Positions 28,570 through 38,812 of a stretch of DNA of 64,000 nucleotides are shown in pieces. Source of the stretch: Candidatus Hodarchaeota archaeon. Lineage in GTDB: Archaea; Asgardarchaeota; Lokiarchaeia; Sigyniarchaeales; SOKP01. The notes below the pieces were generated by a model, which worked only from the letters and a program-made list of their open reading frames with translations, was not told where the DNA came from and did not search any database. The stretch is taken from NCBI GenBank assembly GCA_048887225.1, contig JBHLJY010000001.1, positions 100,335-164,334 of the forward strand. Direction: 5' to 3'. Each line of letters opens with the position of its first letter. Within the stretch, counting starts at the first letter, position 1. Position numbers and translations under genes: made by a program.

Positions 28570-29433
28570 ATGAATCTGAATTACAATAAAATTGTAAAAG
28601 AGAATCTAGTGAAGAGAATCGGCGCGAAGAATATTACACCAGGAAATAAAATTATTCTAATAGGCGGAACACATCAAAATGAAGAGCCACATAGCATTTT
28701 CAGTATAAGAAAAGCGTTAAGTCGTAGAAATAATAGAGATTTTATCAATTTTTTACAAAAATATAGTTTTCAAGTTGTCCTTTTCTCATATCCGCAAGAA
28801 CTGGTGCTTGAGAATTTTTCTGAAAAAAGGCAAAAAGATAAAAGAAGAGAATTTAAACTTAAGATTATTCAGCAAGAAGGCCCAAGCATAATTCTAGCAG
28901 TGCACAACAATCATTGGGCAAAATCGGCAGAGGTCTATACATTAGCCGGTGAATATGGCGAAGATGGAGTCCTCGAAATACCTGACTCCGAAAAAATCTG
29001 TCTCAACCCTGCTCCTTTAATATTTGAATCAGAAACACAAAAATGGGTTAGGCGACATGACCCTATGCTAATAATAGTTTCTGATGGAATGGATTCAGAA
29101 ATAGATATTGGCAAAGCCTTAATAGATCACTCTATGATCCCTACGAACATTGTTAATATTAAACTTATGTGGTGGAAAGACTTTGAAATCCGCAACTCCT
29201 TTTGCTTAGAATTGCCATATCTAGGGAAAGACTGTTACAATCAGGATGCGCAAAAATTGATTGAATACGGCAAAAAAGTGCTCCAAGACGTAATTAAATG
29301 CATCATCCGACATAAACTTAAACTCCCTCAATCATCAGAGAAGATTATGCTTACATTAGGAAAGAAAAAGCCTCTGGCCTGGTATACTGGAAAAATTTAT
29401 TATAAAACGCCTCCAATGAAGAGGTTTAGATAA
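28570..29433 (+). CDS. hypothetical protein (weak HxxE zinc-hydrolase-like motif)
   Basis: 287 aa from ATG 28570. GGTHQNEEPHS resembles the GGxHxNE motif of M14/AstE-AspA-type deacylases, but the similarity is weak. Confidence 0.4.
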   Translation: MNLNYNKIVKENLVKRIGAKNITPGNKIILIGGTHQNEEPHSIFSIRKALSRRNNRDFINFLQKYSFQVVLFSYPQELVLENFSEKRQKDKRREFKLKIIQQEGPSIILAVHNNHWAKSAEVYTLAGEYGEDGVLEIPDSEKICLNPAPLIFESETQKWVRRHDPMLIIVSDGMDSEIDIGKALIDHSMIPTNIVNIKLMWWKDFEIRNSFCLELPYLGKDCYNQDAQKLIEYGKKVLQDVIKCIIRHKLKLPQSSEKIMLTLGKKKPLAWYTGKIYYKTPPMKRFR

Positions 29434-29586
29434 AAGAGATTTACTGATCAATAAAATAGATATTAGGATTATGATTAATTAATTTAGGATTTAACACCTA
29501 TGTAGATTTAAGAAAAAAATTCAGAATATAGTTTAGTTTGTATTTAATAGAACAAAATTTATAACTATCTTAAATTTAATTTTATT

Positions 29587-31191
29587 ATGACCCATAATTT
29601 TGATATTAATTCTTTTGATTTAACAAGTAGAAGGATTTATGAAAAAGCTAAGAGGGAAAATAGGCTAATAGAAAACCCTCCAATGAAAGAATTAAGAAGA
29701 TTAACTGAAAATGAACCGGGTATTAAAATATCAAAATTTAATAACATTATAGCTAATTCTGAGCCAACATCGCGGAGTGCAATGTTCACCAAAAACAGCA
29801 TTGACGATGAATTTGGTTCAAACGAAATTGAATTGTTGAGGCATTGCGAAGATGCCTTAGATAAAGAAGAATTAGTTAGCATTGATAGGATAGTAGGTAA
29901 TTTACAAAGTAATATTACCGTAAGACTAATTGTTCCTTTAAGATTTGTTCATGTTGCCTATGGTGGAGGATTGTTATTTGCCCCTACAAAAAAAAAACTG
30001 GAAGTCCCAACCTATGTAGTAATAATGTTTACAGATGGAAGTTGGGAATCAAATAAAACTAAAGATCTACCTAATAAAGATATCACCATTAGGTTAGCAA
30101 TGTTAAATAATGGAAGAATGATAAAAATATGTCGTAATTCAAACTATATTGGAGAATTTAAGAAGGCTGTTTTTGCAGCAGAAAATTGGAGGGCAAAATT
30201 TGAAAATATTGGAATATTTTTACATGCAGGATGTCGTGAAGATTATCTTCAATCGGCTCAAGGTGATTATCAATATGTTCATTCACTTTTCATAGCGTTA
30301 AGCGCCAATGGAAAAACTTCCACGACTTGTAAAGTTATAGGAAGAAAAGATAAAGAGAAATCTTGGCTTATTCAAGATGATGGTGGTATTTTAATGAATG
30401 ATGGGTCATTTAAAGGGTTTGAATATGGAGGTATTTTTATTAAAACAGAAGCTGTGAATCCTTCAAACCAAATTGAATCATATTATGGACTTTTAAAACC
30501 AAAAACCTTTTTAGAAAACGTTTACGTTGATGATGATGGCGATTTTGACTTTTTTAATTTCGAACGAACCTCAAATGGTCGAGCGATAGTACGTAGAAAG
30601 GATTTTATGCACGCTAGTTCAAAGATAGATGTACCAAAGATAGATAACATAATTCTAATTACTCGAGGGACAATAATTCCTGCGATTTCAAAATTAACAA
30701 CAGAGCAAACTGCTGCATTCATGATATTAGGACAATCAATGGAATCATCAGCCGGTGATCCAACGCAAGCAGGAAAAATTAGAAATATATTTTTCTATGA
30801 TCCATTTGTTGCTGGTGATCGTGTTGATCATGCTAATAGATTCTATGAGATTATAAGAAATTTACCTCATATTCATTGCTATTTGTTAAATACAGGGGGA
30901 ATAGGAGAAGGGAGGCATTATAATGAGATTACTATTAAGCATACAATGGGTATCCTTGACTCTTTATTAAGAGGAGGCCTTACTAACTGGGAGAAATCTC
31001 CAACTGGGTTATTAGTTCCAACTGCGATTAGAAAAGTCGATAAATTATATGTCCATCCAGAAAGATTGTACACTAGTCAAGAATTTGAGGAAAAACAAAA
31101 TCAACTAGAAAATATGCGATATGAAACAATAAAAAAATATGGAGAAAATTTACATCCAAATATAAGGTCAGTATTTAAAAAGATTATCTGA
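29587..31191 (+). CDS. pckA: phosphoenolpyruvate carboxykinase (ATP)-family protein, divergent
   Basis: 534 aa. It is collinear with ATP-PEPCK motifs: LSANGKTSTT (kinase-1a), DDGGILMNDGSFKGFEYGG, LENVYVDDDGDFDF...TSNGR, ISKLTTEQTAAFMILG and YLLNTGGIGEG. Confidence 0.6.
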   Translation: MTHNFDINSFDLTSRRIYEKAKRENRLIENPPMKELRRLTENEPGIKISKFNNIIANSEPTSRSAMFTKNSIDDEFGSNEIELLRHCEDALDKEELVSIDRIVGNLQSNITVRLIVPLRFVHVAYGGGLLFAPTKKKLEVPTYVVIMFTDGSWESNKTKDLPNKDITIRLAMLNNGRMIKICRNSNYIGEFKKAVFAAENWRAKFENIGIFLHAGCREDYLQSAQGDYQYVHSLFIALSANGKTSTTCKVIGRKDKEKSWLIQDDGGILMNDGSFKGFEYGGIFIKTEAVNPSNQIESYYGLLKPKTFLENVYVDDDGDFDFFNFERTSNGRAIVRRKDFMHASSKIDVPKIDNIILITRGTIIPAISKLTTEQTAAFMILGQSMESSAGDPTQAGKIRNIFFYDPFVAGDRVDHANRFYEIIRNLPHIHCYLLNTGGIGEGRHYNEITIKHTMGILDSLLRGGLTNWEKSPTGLLVPTAIRKVDKLYVHPERLYTSQEFEEKQNQLENMRYETIKKYGENLHPNIRSVFKKII

Positions 31192-31277
31192 GAATTTAAA
31201 AAGTTCTTATAAACTTAAGCTATTAATAGTAAATTATGCTTTATTTGATTCATCATTTATGATTTGAGCAGAATAAT

Positions 31278-33110
31278 ATGGGAATAAATAGAAATCAAGA
31301 CATAAATCCATTTCAGCAGAAAGATGAATTTTATTTTCAACCGCGATTTAAAGATTTTTCCGTCAGTTCTACTTATATTACAATGAGAGATGGGGTGAAA
31401 ATTGCCTTAACGATTTGTTTACCAAAAGGCTTAGCACCTAAAGAGAAAATCCCAACATTACTTTATCAGACCCGTTATCATAGGACTCACCATCTTCGGT
31501 TACCTTTTAGATGGATATGGAACGAGACAATAGATCATTATCCAAAAACGGAGTTAATTACTGCCAATGGATATGCATGTATATATGTTGATGTAAGAGG
31601 GAGTGGGGCTTCATATGGTTTTAGATTAGGGCCCTTTTCTGAAGATGAGGTAAAGGATGGGAGTGATATTGCAGATTGGATTATCAATCAACCATGGTCA
31701 GATGGTAATATAGTATCTAATGGTATATCTTATACGGGATTTACATCAGAATGGTTAGCAACTAATAATCATCCTGCTGTAAAAAGTGTAATGACGGGCC
31801 ATAGCGGTTGGGACCCTTTTATAGATATGATTTTGCCAGGAGGCTGTTATAATACAGCATTTATACAATTATGGTCCTTTTATGGAAAACAGCTTGATAA
31901 AAATATTATGAAACAAATGAAAATGTTAATGCCATATCGTTGGATACTAATGAAGGGGGTAAAACATATCCATTCAGATAATGATTATACTCATTTAAAA
32001 GAGGCCATAAAAGAACACAGCAATAATCAAGCTGTTTATGATAATATTAGTGATGTAAATTATCGCGACGATGTTATCAAAATTGACAATGAAGAAAGTT
32101 CATTTAATTCTAGGAGCATTTTTCAACGTCAACAAGAATTGCAAAAGTTAAATATCCCCATTTATAGCTGGGCTTCGTGGTTGGATGCTAACTTTGCGGA
32201 TGTCGTCATAGAACGTTTTATAAATTTAAATAATCCTCAAATTGCTATAATAGGTGATTGGAATCACGGTGCCCATCTTCCCGCTAATCAATTTGATCCC
32301 TCAAGACCAAAAGTAATTCCTTCTCCACATGATCGTATTAAAACTGAGATAAGTTTTTTTAATAGATGTCTAAAAGGAGGTGGATTAAAGAGTAAGACAA
32401 TTTATTATTATACAATGGGGGAGGAAAGGTGGAAAAAATCTCACATATGGCCCCCAATAGGTCACTCTTTGCAGAGATGGTATTTTCAAGAAAACAATAG
32501 TTTAGCTAAAGAGGAACCTGAAGCAAATGAAGGAGCAGATGATTATAAGATAAATTTTCGAGCAAGTACCGGTTTTTTTAATCGTTGGATGGGTCCACTT
32601 GCTACGCCTATTGATTATAGCAATAGAACAAAAGCAGATGAAAAATTACATTTGTATACGAGCCTTCCTTTCGAAGATGATTTAGAAATTACCGGAAATC
32701 CTATAATTACTTTATATCTTTCTTCGACACACGAAGATGGAGCAGTATTTGTATACTTAGAAGATATTGATCAGAAGGGCAACGTAATTTATGTAACTGA
32801 TGGAAACTTGCGACTCACCCATAGAAAAATATCGTCAGATAATCCCCCATATAAAACACTCATCCCCTATCATACATTCTTAAAAAAAGATGCTCTTCCC
32901 CTTGTTCCGAATGAGGTTTCAAAAATAAAATTTGGATTACATGCAACATCTGTTTTAATTAAGAAAGGTCATAGAATTCGTGTAGCAATCGCTGGGGCAG
33001 ATAAAGAGACGTTTATGCGTTATCCTGCTAAAGGAAAACCCATAATTACTATTGAACGGAATAAAAAATATCCATCTTTTATTGATATTCCAATTATACT
33101 TAGGGAGTAA
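31278..33110 (+). CDS. CocE/NonD family hydrolase (S15 X-Pro dipeptidyl-peptidase-like)
   Basis: 610 aa. It carries MRDGVKIALTICLPKG, DVRGSGASYG and GISYTGF (GxSxG), and has a C-terminal beta-sandwich-length extension. Confidence 0.8.
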   Translation: MGINRNQDINPFQQKDEFYFQPRFKDFSVSSTYITMRDGVKIALTICLPKGLAPKEKIPTLLYQTRYHRTHHLRLPFRWIWNETIDHYPKTELITANGYACIYVDVRGSGASYGFRLGPFSEDEVKDGSDIADWIINQPWSDGNIVSNGISYTGFTSEWLATNNHPAVKSVMTGHSGWDPFIDMILPGGCYNTAFIQLWSFYGKQLDKNIMKQMKMLMPYRWILMKGVKHIHSDNDYTHLKEAIKEHSNNQAVYDNISDVNYRDDVIKIDNEESSFNSRSIFQRQQELQKLNIPIYSWASWLDANFADVVIERFINLNNPQIAIIGDWNHGAHLPANQFDPSRPKVIPSPHDRIKTEISFFNRCLKGGGLKSKTIYYYTMGEERWKKSHIWPPIGHSLQRWYFQENNSLAKEEPEANEGADDYKINFRASTGFFNRWMGPLATPIDYSNRTKADEKLHLYTSLPFEDDLEITGNPIITLYLSSTHEDGAVFVYLEDIDQKGNVIYVTDGNLRLTHRKISSDNPPYKTLIPYHTFLKKDALPLVPNEVSKIKFGLHATSVLIKKGHRIRVAIAGADKETFMRYPAKGKPIITIERNKKYPSFIDIPIILRE

Positions 33111-33141
33111 AAAATATAAAATTAATAATTAAAAAGAATAG

Positions 33142-33531
33142 ATGATTGTAATGGAAGAATTATTACCAAAATTGAGTAATTTATTAAATGATGCGGTAGA
33201 AATCAGAGAAAATAAAGAACAATTACTAATTGAGTTGAAAATAAGAAAAAAAGATCTTATTCTTGGAGATTTAGGGAAACCAAATGAAGTAAAAGAAATG
33301 ATAAAAGTATTTGGTGGAGTTAAACAGGATATACCGATAGATGTTGCTGTTGATGAGAAAACCAATATCATCACTTTAAAATTACTGTACAAAGAAGATT
33401 TTAAATTAATAAGTACTGCTATTAAAAATCTCTGGGAGCGTGTATCTGCTCTTTTAATAGAAGCTTTTAATGCGGAACCAGGAAAAATTGGAAAATTTAA
33501 AGATCTTGGAGATTTTGATGAAACTTATTAA
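33142..33531 (+). CDS. hypothetical protein
   Basis: 129-aa ORF with no recognisable motif. Confidence 0.4.
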   Translation: MIVMEELLPKLSNLLNDAVEIRENKEQLLIELKIRKKDLILGDLGKPNEVKEMIKVFGGVKQDIPIDVAVDEKTNIITLKLLYKEDFKLISTAIKNLWERVSALLIEAFNAEPGKIGKFKDLGDFDETY

Positions 33532-33626
33532 ATACCAAGCAATTAAAATTAAATAGAATTATTAATGAATATTCTAAGATAGTAAGTATAAAATAACACG
33601 TATATAACAATTTGAATGATAGAATT

Positions 33627-34796
33627 ATGGCAGAAAAATTTTCAATGTTTAATTTCATTAAAGAAGTGTGCGATAAGATTGGCCCTCGATTTGGAACGAC
33701 TGAACAAGAGTTAAAGGCAGGAATGAAAATTAAAAGTATCTTGGAGAGCCGAGTAGATGATGTAGTTATGGAGGAATTTACGTGCCATCCAAAAGCGTTT
33801 TTAGATTTTACAAGGATTGCATTTATCGTCGCTGTAATAGCTACTATTTTATTTATATGGGTGCCCTTAATTAGTTTCTTTCTGTATCTTTATGGGATCT
33901 CCATATTTGCGTTTGAACAAATGTTTCTGAAGGAATATGTAGATTTTTTCTTTCCAAAAAGAACGGGTTCAAACGTGATTGGTAAGTTAAAACCTACAAA
34001 GGAGCCTAAGCAAATTATTATTTGTAGTGCACACCACGATAGCGCTTACCAATTTCCACTGTTCGAAAAGTTCAAATCAAAATTCCGCATAATTGCGTAC
34101 TTTACGGTTGGTTTAGTATTCCTAGCGGCAATTTTATCTCTCGTAAAATTTATTCTTGATATCTTAGGCATCACATCGATAATGATAACTTTAATATTAC
34201 TTATCGTTCCTATCCTTTCGGTTGTGATGGTGGGTTATATCACTCTCAATCTTCATTCCAAAAACGTAATTCTTGGCGCAAATGACAATTTATCAGGTGT
34301 CGCTGTTGTATTGGCCCTTGCTGATCATTTTTCAACCCGAAAACTTCAAAACATTGAACTCTGGTGTATTTCATTTTCGTGTGAAGAATGCATGAGAGGA
34401 TCGAAACGATTTGTGAAAAGGCATCTGGACGAATTAAAGGATTCAAAAACCATTAATTTGGATATGGTTGGTGAGGGAGCAACACTTTCTATTATTTCTG
34501 CTGAACCGTATTATGTAACAAAACATTCTATGGAATTGGCAAAAGAATTCCAAGAATCTACTAAACGTGCGAATGTAGAAATGCCTATTAAAGCGGTAAT
34601 GTTTGGCGGAACGGACGCTGCTTCTTTTAGTAAAAAGAAGCTCAAAGCCATTTCAATTATCGCTTTGACTCCACAAGATCATCCGAGTACTTGGCATGAA
34701 TTAAAAGATAAACCTGAAATTATTGATGAACAACTTCTCGAAAACACGTTGAAGGCAATTATTCAATACTTACAAGATCTTGACGCTAAATTATAA
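33627..34796 (+). CDS. M28-family membrane-associated metallopeptidase
   Basis: It carries CSAHHDSAY and GANDNLSGVAVVLALA (M28 zinc ligands) with internal TM helices. I prefer the ATG at 33627 to the TTG at 33612. Confidence 0.75.
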   Translation: MAEKFSMFNFIKEVCDKIGPRFGTTEQELKAGMKIKSILESRVDDVVMEEFTCHPKAFLDFTRIAFIVAVIATILFIWVPLISFFLYLYGISIFAFEQMFLKEYVDFFFPKRTGSNVIGKLKPTKEPKQIIICSAHHDSAYQFPLFEKFKSKFRIIAYFTVGLVFLAAILSLVKFILDILGITSIMITLILLIVPILSVVMVGYITLNLHSKNVILGANDNLSGVAVVLALADHFSTRKLQNIELWCISFSCEECMRGSKRFVKRHLDELKDSKTINLDMVGEGATLSIISAEPYYVTKHSMELAKEFQESTKRANVEMPIKAVMFGGTDAASFSKKKLKAISIIALTPQDHPSTWHELKDKPEIIDEQLLENTLKAIIQYLQDLDAKL

Positions 34797-34868
34797 TTTT
34801 TATAATTTTAGCTTTCTTCTAATATAATAATTTTTTTCTTTCTCGGTTAGCATGTTTTTTCAACCCAT

Positions 34869-35762
34869 TCAAGGATTATTTTTAATAAATTCTATAATGA
34901 CTTCAGCCAGTTCAGGACCTTTATCCTCCTGTACAAAATGGCCTGCGTTTTTAATTGTGGTGTGATTTTGTCCTCGAGCACCTGGAACAAGTTTTTGCCA
35001 AGGGATATACCCTCCTGCAGTTATACGATCTTTATCGCTAAATGCCGTTAAAAATGGTTTTTCCCATTGTCTAAATTTTTCCCATGCGCTTGTATTAGCT
35101 TCGAACTCTGGATCATCTTTACTAATTGGAACTAATGACGGCATAATTCGGGCCCCAGCTTTATAAGTATCGTCAGGAAAGGGAGCATCATAACCTCTTA
35201 AAATATCTTTCGATAATTCTGTGATTGTTCCACCTTGGATAATCCGTTTAATATCAAATCTAGTTGCCGTTCGAGAAAACTCGCGCCATCGTAAAAATGC
35301 TTCAGGCATGCTTTGCGCTCCTGTTGGTAAGCCTCCATTTGACAAAAGAATTCTATTGAATCGCTCCTGATTTTCAATAGCAACTCTTAATCCTATTAAA
35401 GAACCCCAATTTTGGCAAAATAAAGTAATATTTTGAAGGTCAAGTAATTTTACCCATTTTGTCATCCATTCTACATGTTTACGGTATGTATGATCGCTTT
35501 TTTCAGTGGGTTTGTCAGATCGACCGAATCCTACTAAGTCTGGTGCCACCGTTCTATAGCCGGCTTTCACGAGAAGGGGAATCATATTCCTATATAAAAA
35601 GGACCATGCGGGTTCACCATGCATTAATAAAATAACGTCCCTATCTTTTGGTCCTTCATCCACGTAATGAATCCTGATATTATCCACTTCTATATAATTA
35701 GGTTCATAAGAAAAATCGGGGAGATCTTCAAATCTTTCGTCAGGTGTTCGCAATAATTTCAT
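34869..35762 (-). CDS. haloalkane dehalogenase (HLD-I, DhlA-like) homologue with Asn at nucleophile position
   Basis: 297 aa and collinear with DhlA: RTPDERFEDLPDF, HGEPAWSFLYRNMIP, APDLVGFGRSDKP, GHFVQE. The nucleophile motif reads QNWGS rather than QDWGG. GC content is visibly higher than in the neighbouring genes. Confidence 0.8.
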   Translation of the reverse strand: MKLLRTPDERFEDLPDFSYEPNYIEVDNIRIHYVDEGPKDRDVILLMHGEPAWSFLYRNMIPLLVKAGYRTVAPDLVGFGRSDKPTEKSDHTYRKHVEWMTKWVKLLDLQNITLFCQNWGSLIGLRVAIENQERFNRILLSNGGLPTGAQSMPEAFLRWREFSRTATRFDIKRIIQGGTITELSKDILRGYDAPFPDDTYKAGARIMPSLVPISKDDPEFEANTSAWEKFRQWEKPFLTAFSDKDRITAGGYIPWQKLVPGARGQNHTTIKNAGHFVQEDKGPELAEVIIEFIKNNP

Positions 35763-35897
35763 TTTTTTCCTTCCTTTTTTGAATTTAAATATTTAATTTT
35801 AATATTAAGATTATTTTTTTTAATATTTATTCATTCAATATTTTCTATTTTTTATTGTGAATATGAAAAATTGCAAATAAAAAAAGAAAAAAGAGAT

Positions 35898-37001
35898 TTA
35901 ATTAGTCGTAAGTTTTGGGGGCGGAACAAACACCTTTCTAGGTTCGATTCTTACTAGCGTCATTGCTTTCTCAGGGCAGAAATGAGCACAGATACCACAT
36001 CCAATACATCTATCTTCGTTTACAACGGCAAGAGTATCTTCAAGCTCTACAGCCTCTGCGTTACACATTTCAACGCATGTACCGCACCCTATACAGTCAT
36101 CTTCGTTCACATTTGCCACATGGGAAGCCAAACTCATTAAAGGGATCCCACCAGCATAATGGATGTCAAAAGTTCCACAGCAACATTTACAACAATTACA
36201 CATTCCGTCAAGTTCTCTTTCTGGATCCAGATGAACGTGAAATCCTTTATGAACAAGGCCGTCATCTTCGCATTGTTTCAATATTGTTTTTGCTTCTTCT
36301 TTTGAAATTTGTTCGGCAAAACCTTCTGAGATGAGAAATGAAGCGGCTTTACCAAAAGAGAAACAATTTTTTCTATCTTTTGTCTTTTTACAAGGATCGT
36401 TAAGAAGATCTTTTCGATGTCTACAATAACAAGTCATTAATCCTATAGGATCATATTTTTCTATAACTTTGGAGATTTCTTCAAAAGTAAACACTTTTTC
36501 TTCCTTTATTTCGACTTCTTCTTCAACAGGAATAATTCTATCAATTGGATTAGCGTTCTTTAACGCTTTCATTATTCGATCGTAATTACCTTGAGTCATT
36601 TCGACTAACTCTTTAAAAAATTTATCGAATAATTTTGCTAATTTCTTCTCTTTTTCTCCCGTTTCACCTCGCATTAAAGTAAACTCAAGTACACCAGGAA
36701 AGAAAGGCGTTAATCGATACACCATTATTCCTGTACTTCTACTAGGAATTCCAGTAATTGCCCCAATGTGCATAAGATCTTTTAACATTTTCATAAGCGA
36801 ATCTTCGTCTAAATTGCTTATAGTTTTTACTTCATCAATGTTATATGATGATTTTTTAAACAACAGAAGGAATTTTGCTTGTTCTTCGGTCATTATTGTT
36901 TTCATTACCTCAATAACAGTGTCATTTATAGGGAATGGAAGTTTCGCAGCGTTGATAAAATTACTCGCAACCTCATACCAAATTTTTTCGGACATTTTCA
37001 A
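35898..37001 (-). CDS. Fe-S protein with C-terminal 2x[4Fe-4S] ferredoxin domain
   Basis: 367 aa. It has CIGCGTCVEMC and CIGCGICAHFCP, plus the upstream Cys clusters CYCRHRK...C and CNCCKCCC. It is a paralogue of the 39523-40371 gene. Confidence 0.7.
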   Translation of the reverse strand: MKMSEKIWYEVASNFINAAKLPFPINDTVIEVMKTIMTEEQAKFLLLFKKSSYNIDEVKTISNLDEDSLMKMLKDLMHIGAITGIPSRSTGIMVYRLTPFFPGVLEFTLMRGETGEKEKKLAKLFDKFFKELVEMTQGNYDRIMKALKNANPIDRIIPVEEEVEIKEEKVFTFEEISKVIEKYDPIGLMTCYCRHRKDLLNDPCKKTKDRKNCFSFGKAASFLISEGFAEQISKEEAKTILKQCEDDGLVHKGFHVHLDPERELDGMCNCCKCCCGTFDIHYAGGIPLMSLASHVANVNEDDCIGCGTCVEMCNAEAVELEDTLAVVNEDRCIGCGICAHFCPEKAMTLVRIEPRKVFVPPPKLTTN

Positions 37002-37195
37002 ATTTTTCCTAACTTTTTTTAATTTAGAATATATTACTTATGTTTTTTATTTTTGCTAAGAAAGTATTTTTTTTATTTTTTAAAACCAGATGGGAGACAT
37101 CCCGCTCCTTTACTAGACCAAGAAAATTCTCTAAATAGAAGTAAAACCTAATTATAAGAGCGAATTAAAAAAAAGCAATAATCCATTATTGATTT

Positions 37196-38548
37196 CTATT
37201 TTAAATTATTTTGAATTTTTTGAATCCTAAGATCTAGTTTCTGTAATTGTTTATCATGTTTTCCATCATCATTTTCAGCAGATAAAATATTCTTAATTTG
37301 AAACAAATATTTTAGCGCAATTACATAGTCTTTTTTCTTTTCTGATTTGTTTGCTTGCTCCATGGCGAATTTTAATTCAACTTCTTTGTTGAGTTTAATA
37401 ATTTCTAAAATTTTAAACGAGATTTTACCCATCTCCACATCTAAATTGAATTCTCTTGCGTAATTAAGTGCCTTTTGATATTCAGTTAACGCCTCTTGAT
37501 ATGCAGCATTTTTTTCTGCGATTTCACCTTTCTTCACTGAAGAATGAATTTTTATATGAGCTTCTTCAAGACTCATATCATGACATTCAAAAATTATATC
37601 TTCCATATCTCTTATTTCCATGATTTTTTCAATTACATATTCCCTACTTTGTTTTTCTTGTCTTTCAGATTCTAATTCTTCCTTTTGATATTCAAAATTT
37701 TGCCAAATAATGATATTTTCTCTTATCATCTGATATATATTCCAAAGAATTTCTTCATTCGATATCACTCCTAATAGTTTTGAAGTTGTATCTATAAGTG
37801 GTGATATAAAAAAATATGTATCTTCTTTTAATAAATCCTTAGCACATTCATATATGGCTTTTTGAACTATAGAAAAATTTTCGATTTTATTTGGTGGTAT
37901 TTGAGTAGAGAGGGTGTGAGGATTAATCAGAGTTATTTCAAAAGTTTTTCCTACTAAGCTTCTAACTGGGTCTAGTATACTTAAATCACTTTTTTGCTCA
38001 AATTCCTTTAATTCATCTTGATAGTTATATTCACATATATTCGTGAAATTTAAGAGTAATTCTCTTAAATTATTTGAAGCTCTTCTATCAAGAATTAAAC
38101 AAATTCTGCATAATTCACCATTACACAAAAGAATATGAAAATTTTTATACTCAAACTCGTAAAATTTTTTATCTGGATTAATTTTATCTATTAACGTTAG
38201 TTCTTCGGACGAAAATGCTATATTTGCATGGATAAAACCAGATATTAGAGTAGCATCAATAGGTAAATCGCTTACAGCCATATTAAATGCGGGTACGCCT
38301 CCTTTAGTAAGAATTATTACATGTCTTATACTTGTTATATCTTGGTACTTCCTCCAAATATGTTTATATAATATTTTTTTTCTTTTTTGTTCTGAATCTT
38401 GTTCAATAGCTTCAATAATATCCACTAAAAAATTAGCGTCGCTAAATTTTTTCGATAAACACCTAAAGCAGTTTTCTGGATATCCCTCTTGACAAACCGA
38501 TTTGTCCACTCCGCAATCAAATCCCGAGATCAATTTAAAATATGTCAA
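37196..38548 (-). CDS. hypothetical protein: N-terminal Cys cluster, longin/roadblock-like alpha/beta domain (IDATLISGF), C-terminal TPR-like/coiled region
   Basis: 450 aa with a TTG start 7 nt after an AGGTGG SD. It has a CX6CX7CX2C cluster at residues 12-30. Residues about 75-185 share a domain with the C-terminus of the 48970-51324 protein. The C-terminus (AAYQEALTEYQKALNYA) is TPR-like. Confidence 0.6.
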   Translation of the reverse strand: MTYFKLISGFDCGVDKSVCQEGYPENCFRCLSKKFSDANFLVDIIEAIEQDSEQKRKKILYKHIWRKYQDITSIRHVIILTKGGVPAFNMAVSDLPIDATLISGFIHANIAFSSEELTLIDKINPDKKFYEFEYKNFHILLCNGELCRICLILDRRASNNLRELLLNFTNICEYNYQDELKEFEQKSDLSILDPVRSLVGKTFEITLINPHTLSTQIPPNKIENFSIVQKAIYECAKDLLKEDTYFFISPLIDTTSKLLGVISNEEILWNIYQMIRENIIIWQNFEYQKEELESERQEKQSREYVIEKIMEIRDMEDIIFECHDMSLEEAHIKIHSSVKKGEIAEKNAAYQEALTEYQKALNYAREFNLDVEMGKISFKILEIIKLNKEVELKFAMEQANKSEKKKDYVIALKYLFQIKNILSAENDDGKHDKQLQKLDLRIQKIQNNLK

Positions 38549-38812
38549 ATAACCACCTTATGCTTAAAATTAAATATCTAATTACTTAATAATTTAATAA
38601 AAGTTTTTTTTATACTGTATCTAATAAAAAAATCCATATATTTAATTCTTAATAGTTATATTAGCATCTTTTAAAATTTTAATGAAAAATTCCCTAGGAC
38701 CTGATTCTCGCCTCTATTAAGCTGTTAATGCTTTCACCTTGAAAAAAATATAAATATAGAGCTAGATAAACTTTAAGTAATACTCATTTTACAAAAAGAG
38801 GAGATACTGAAA

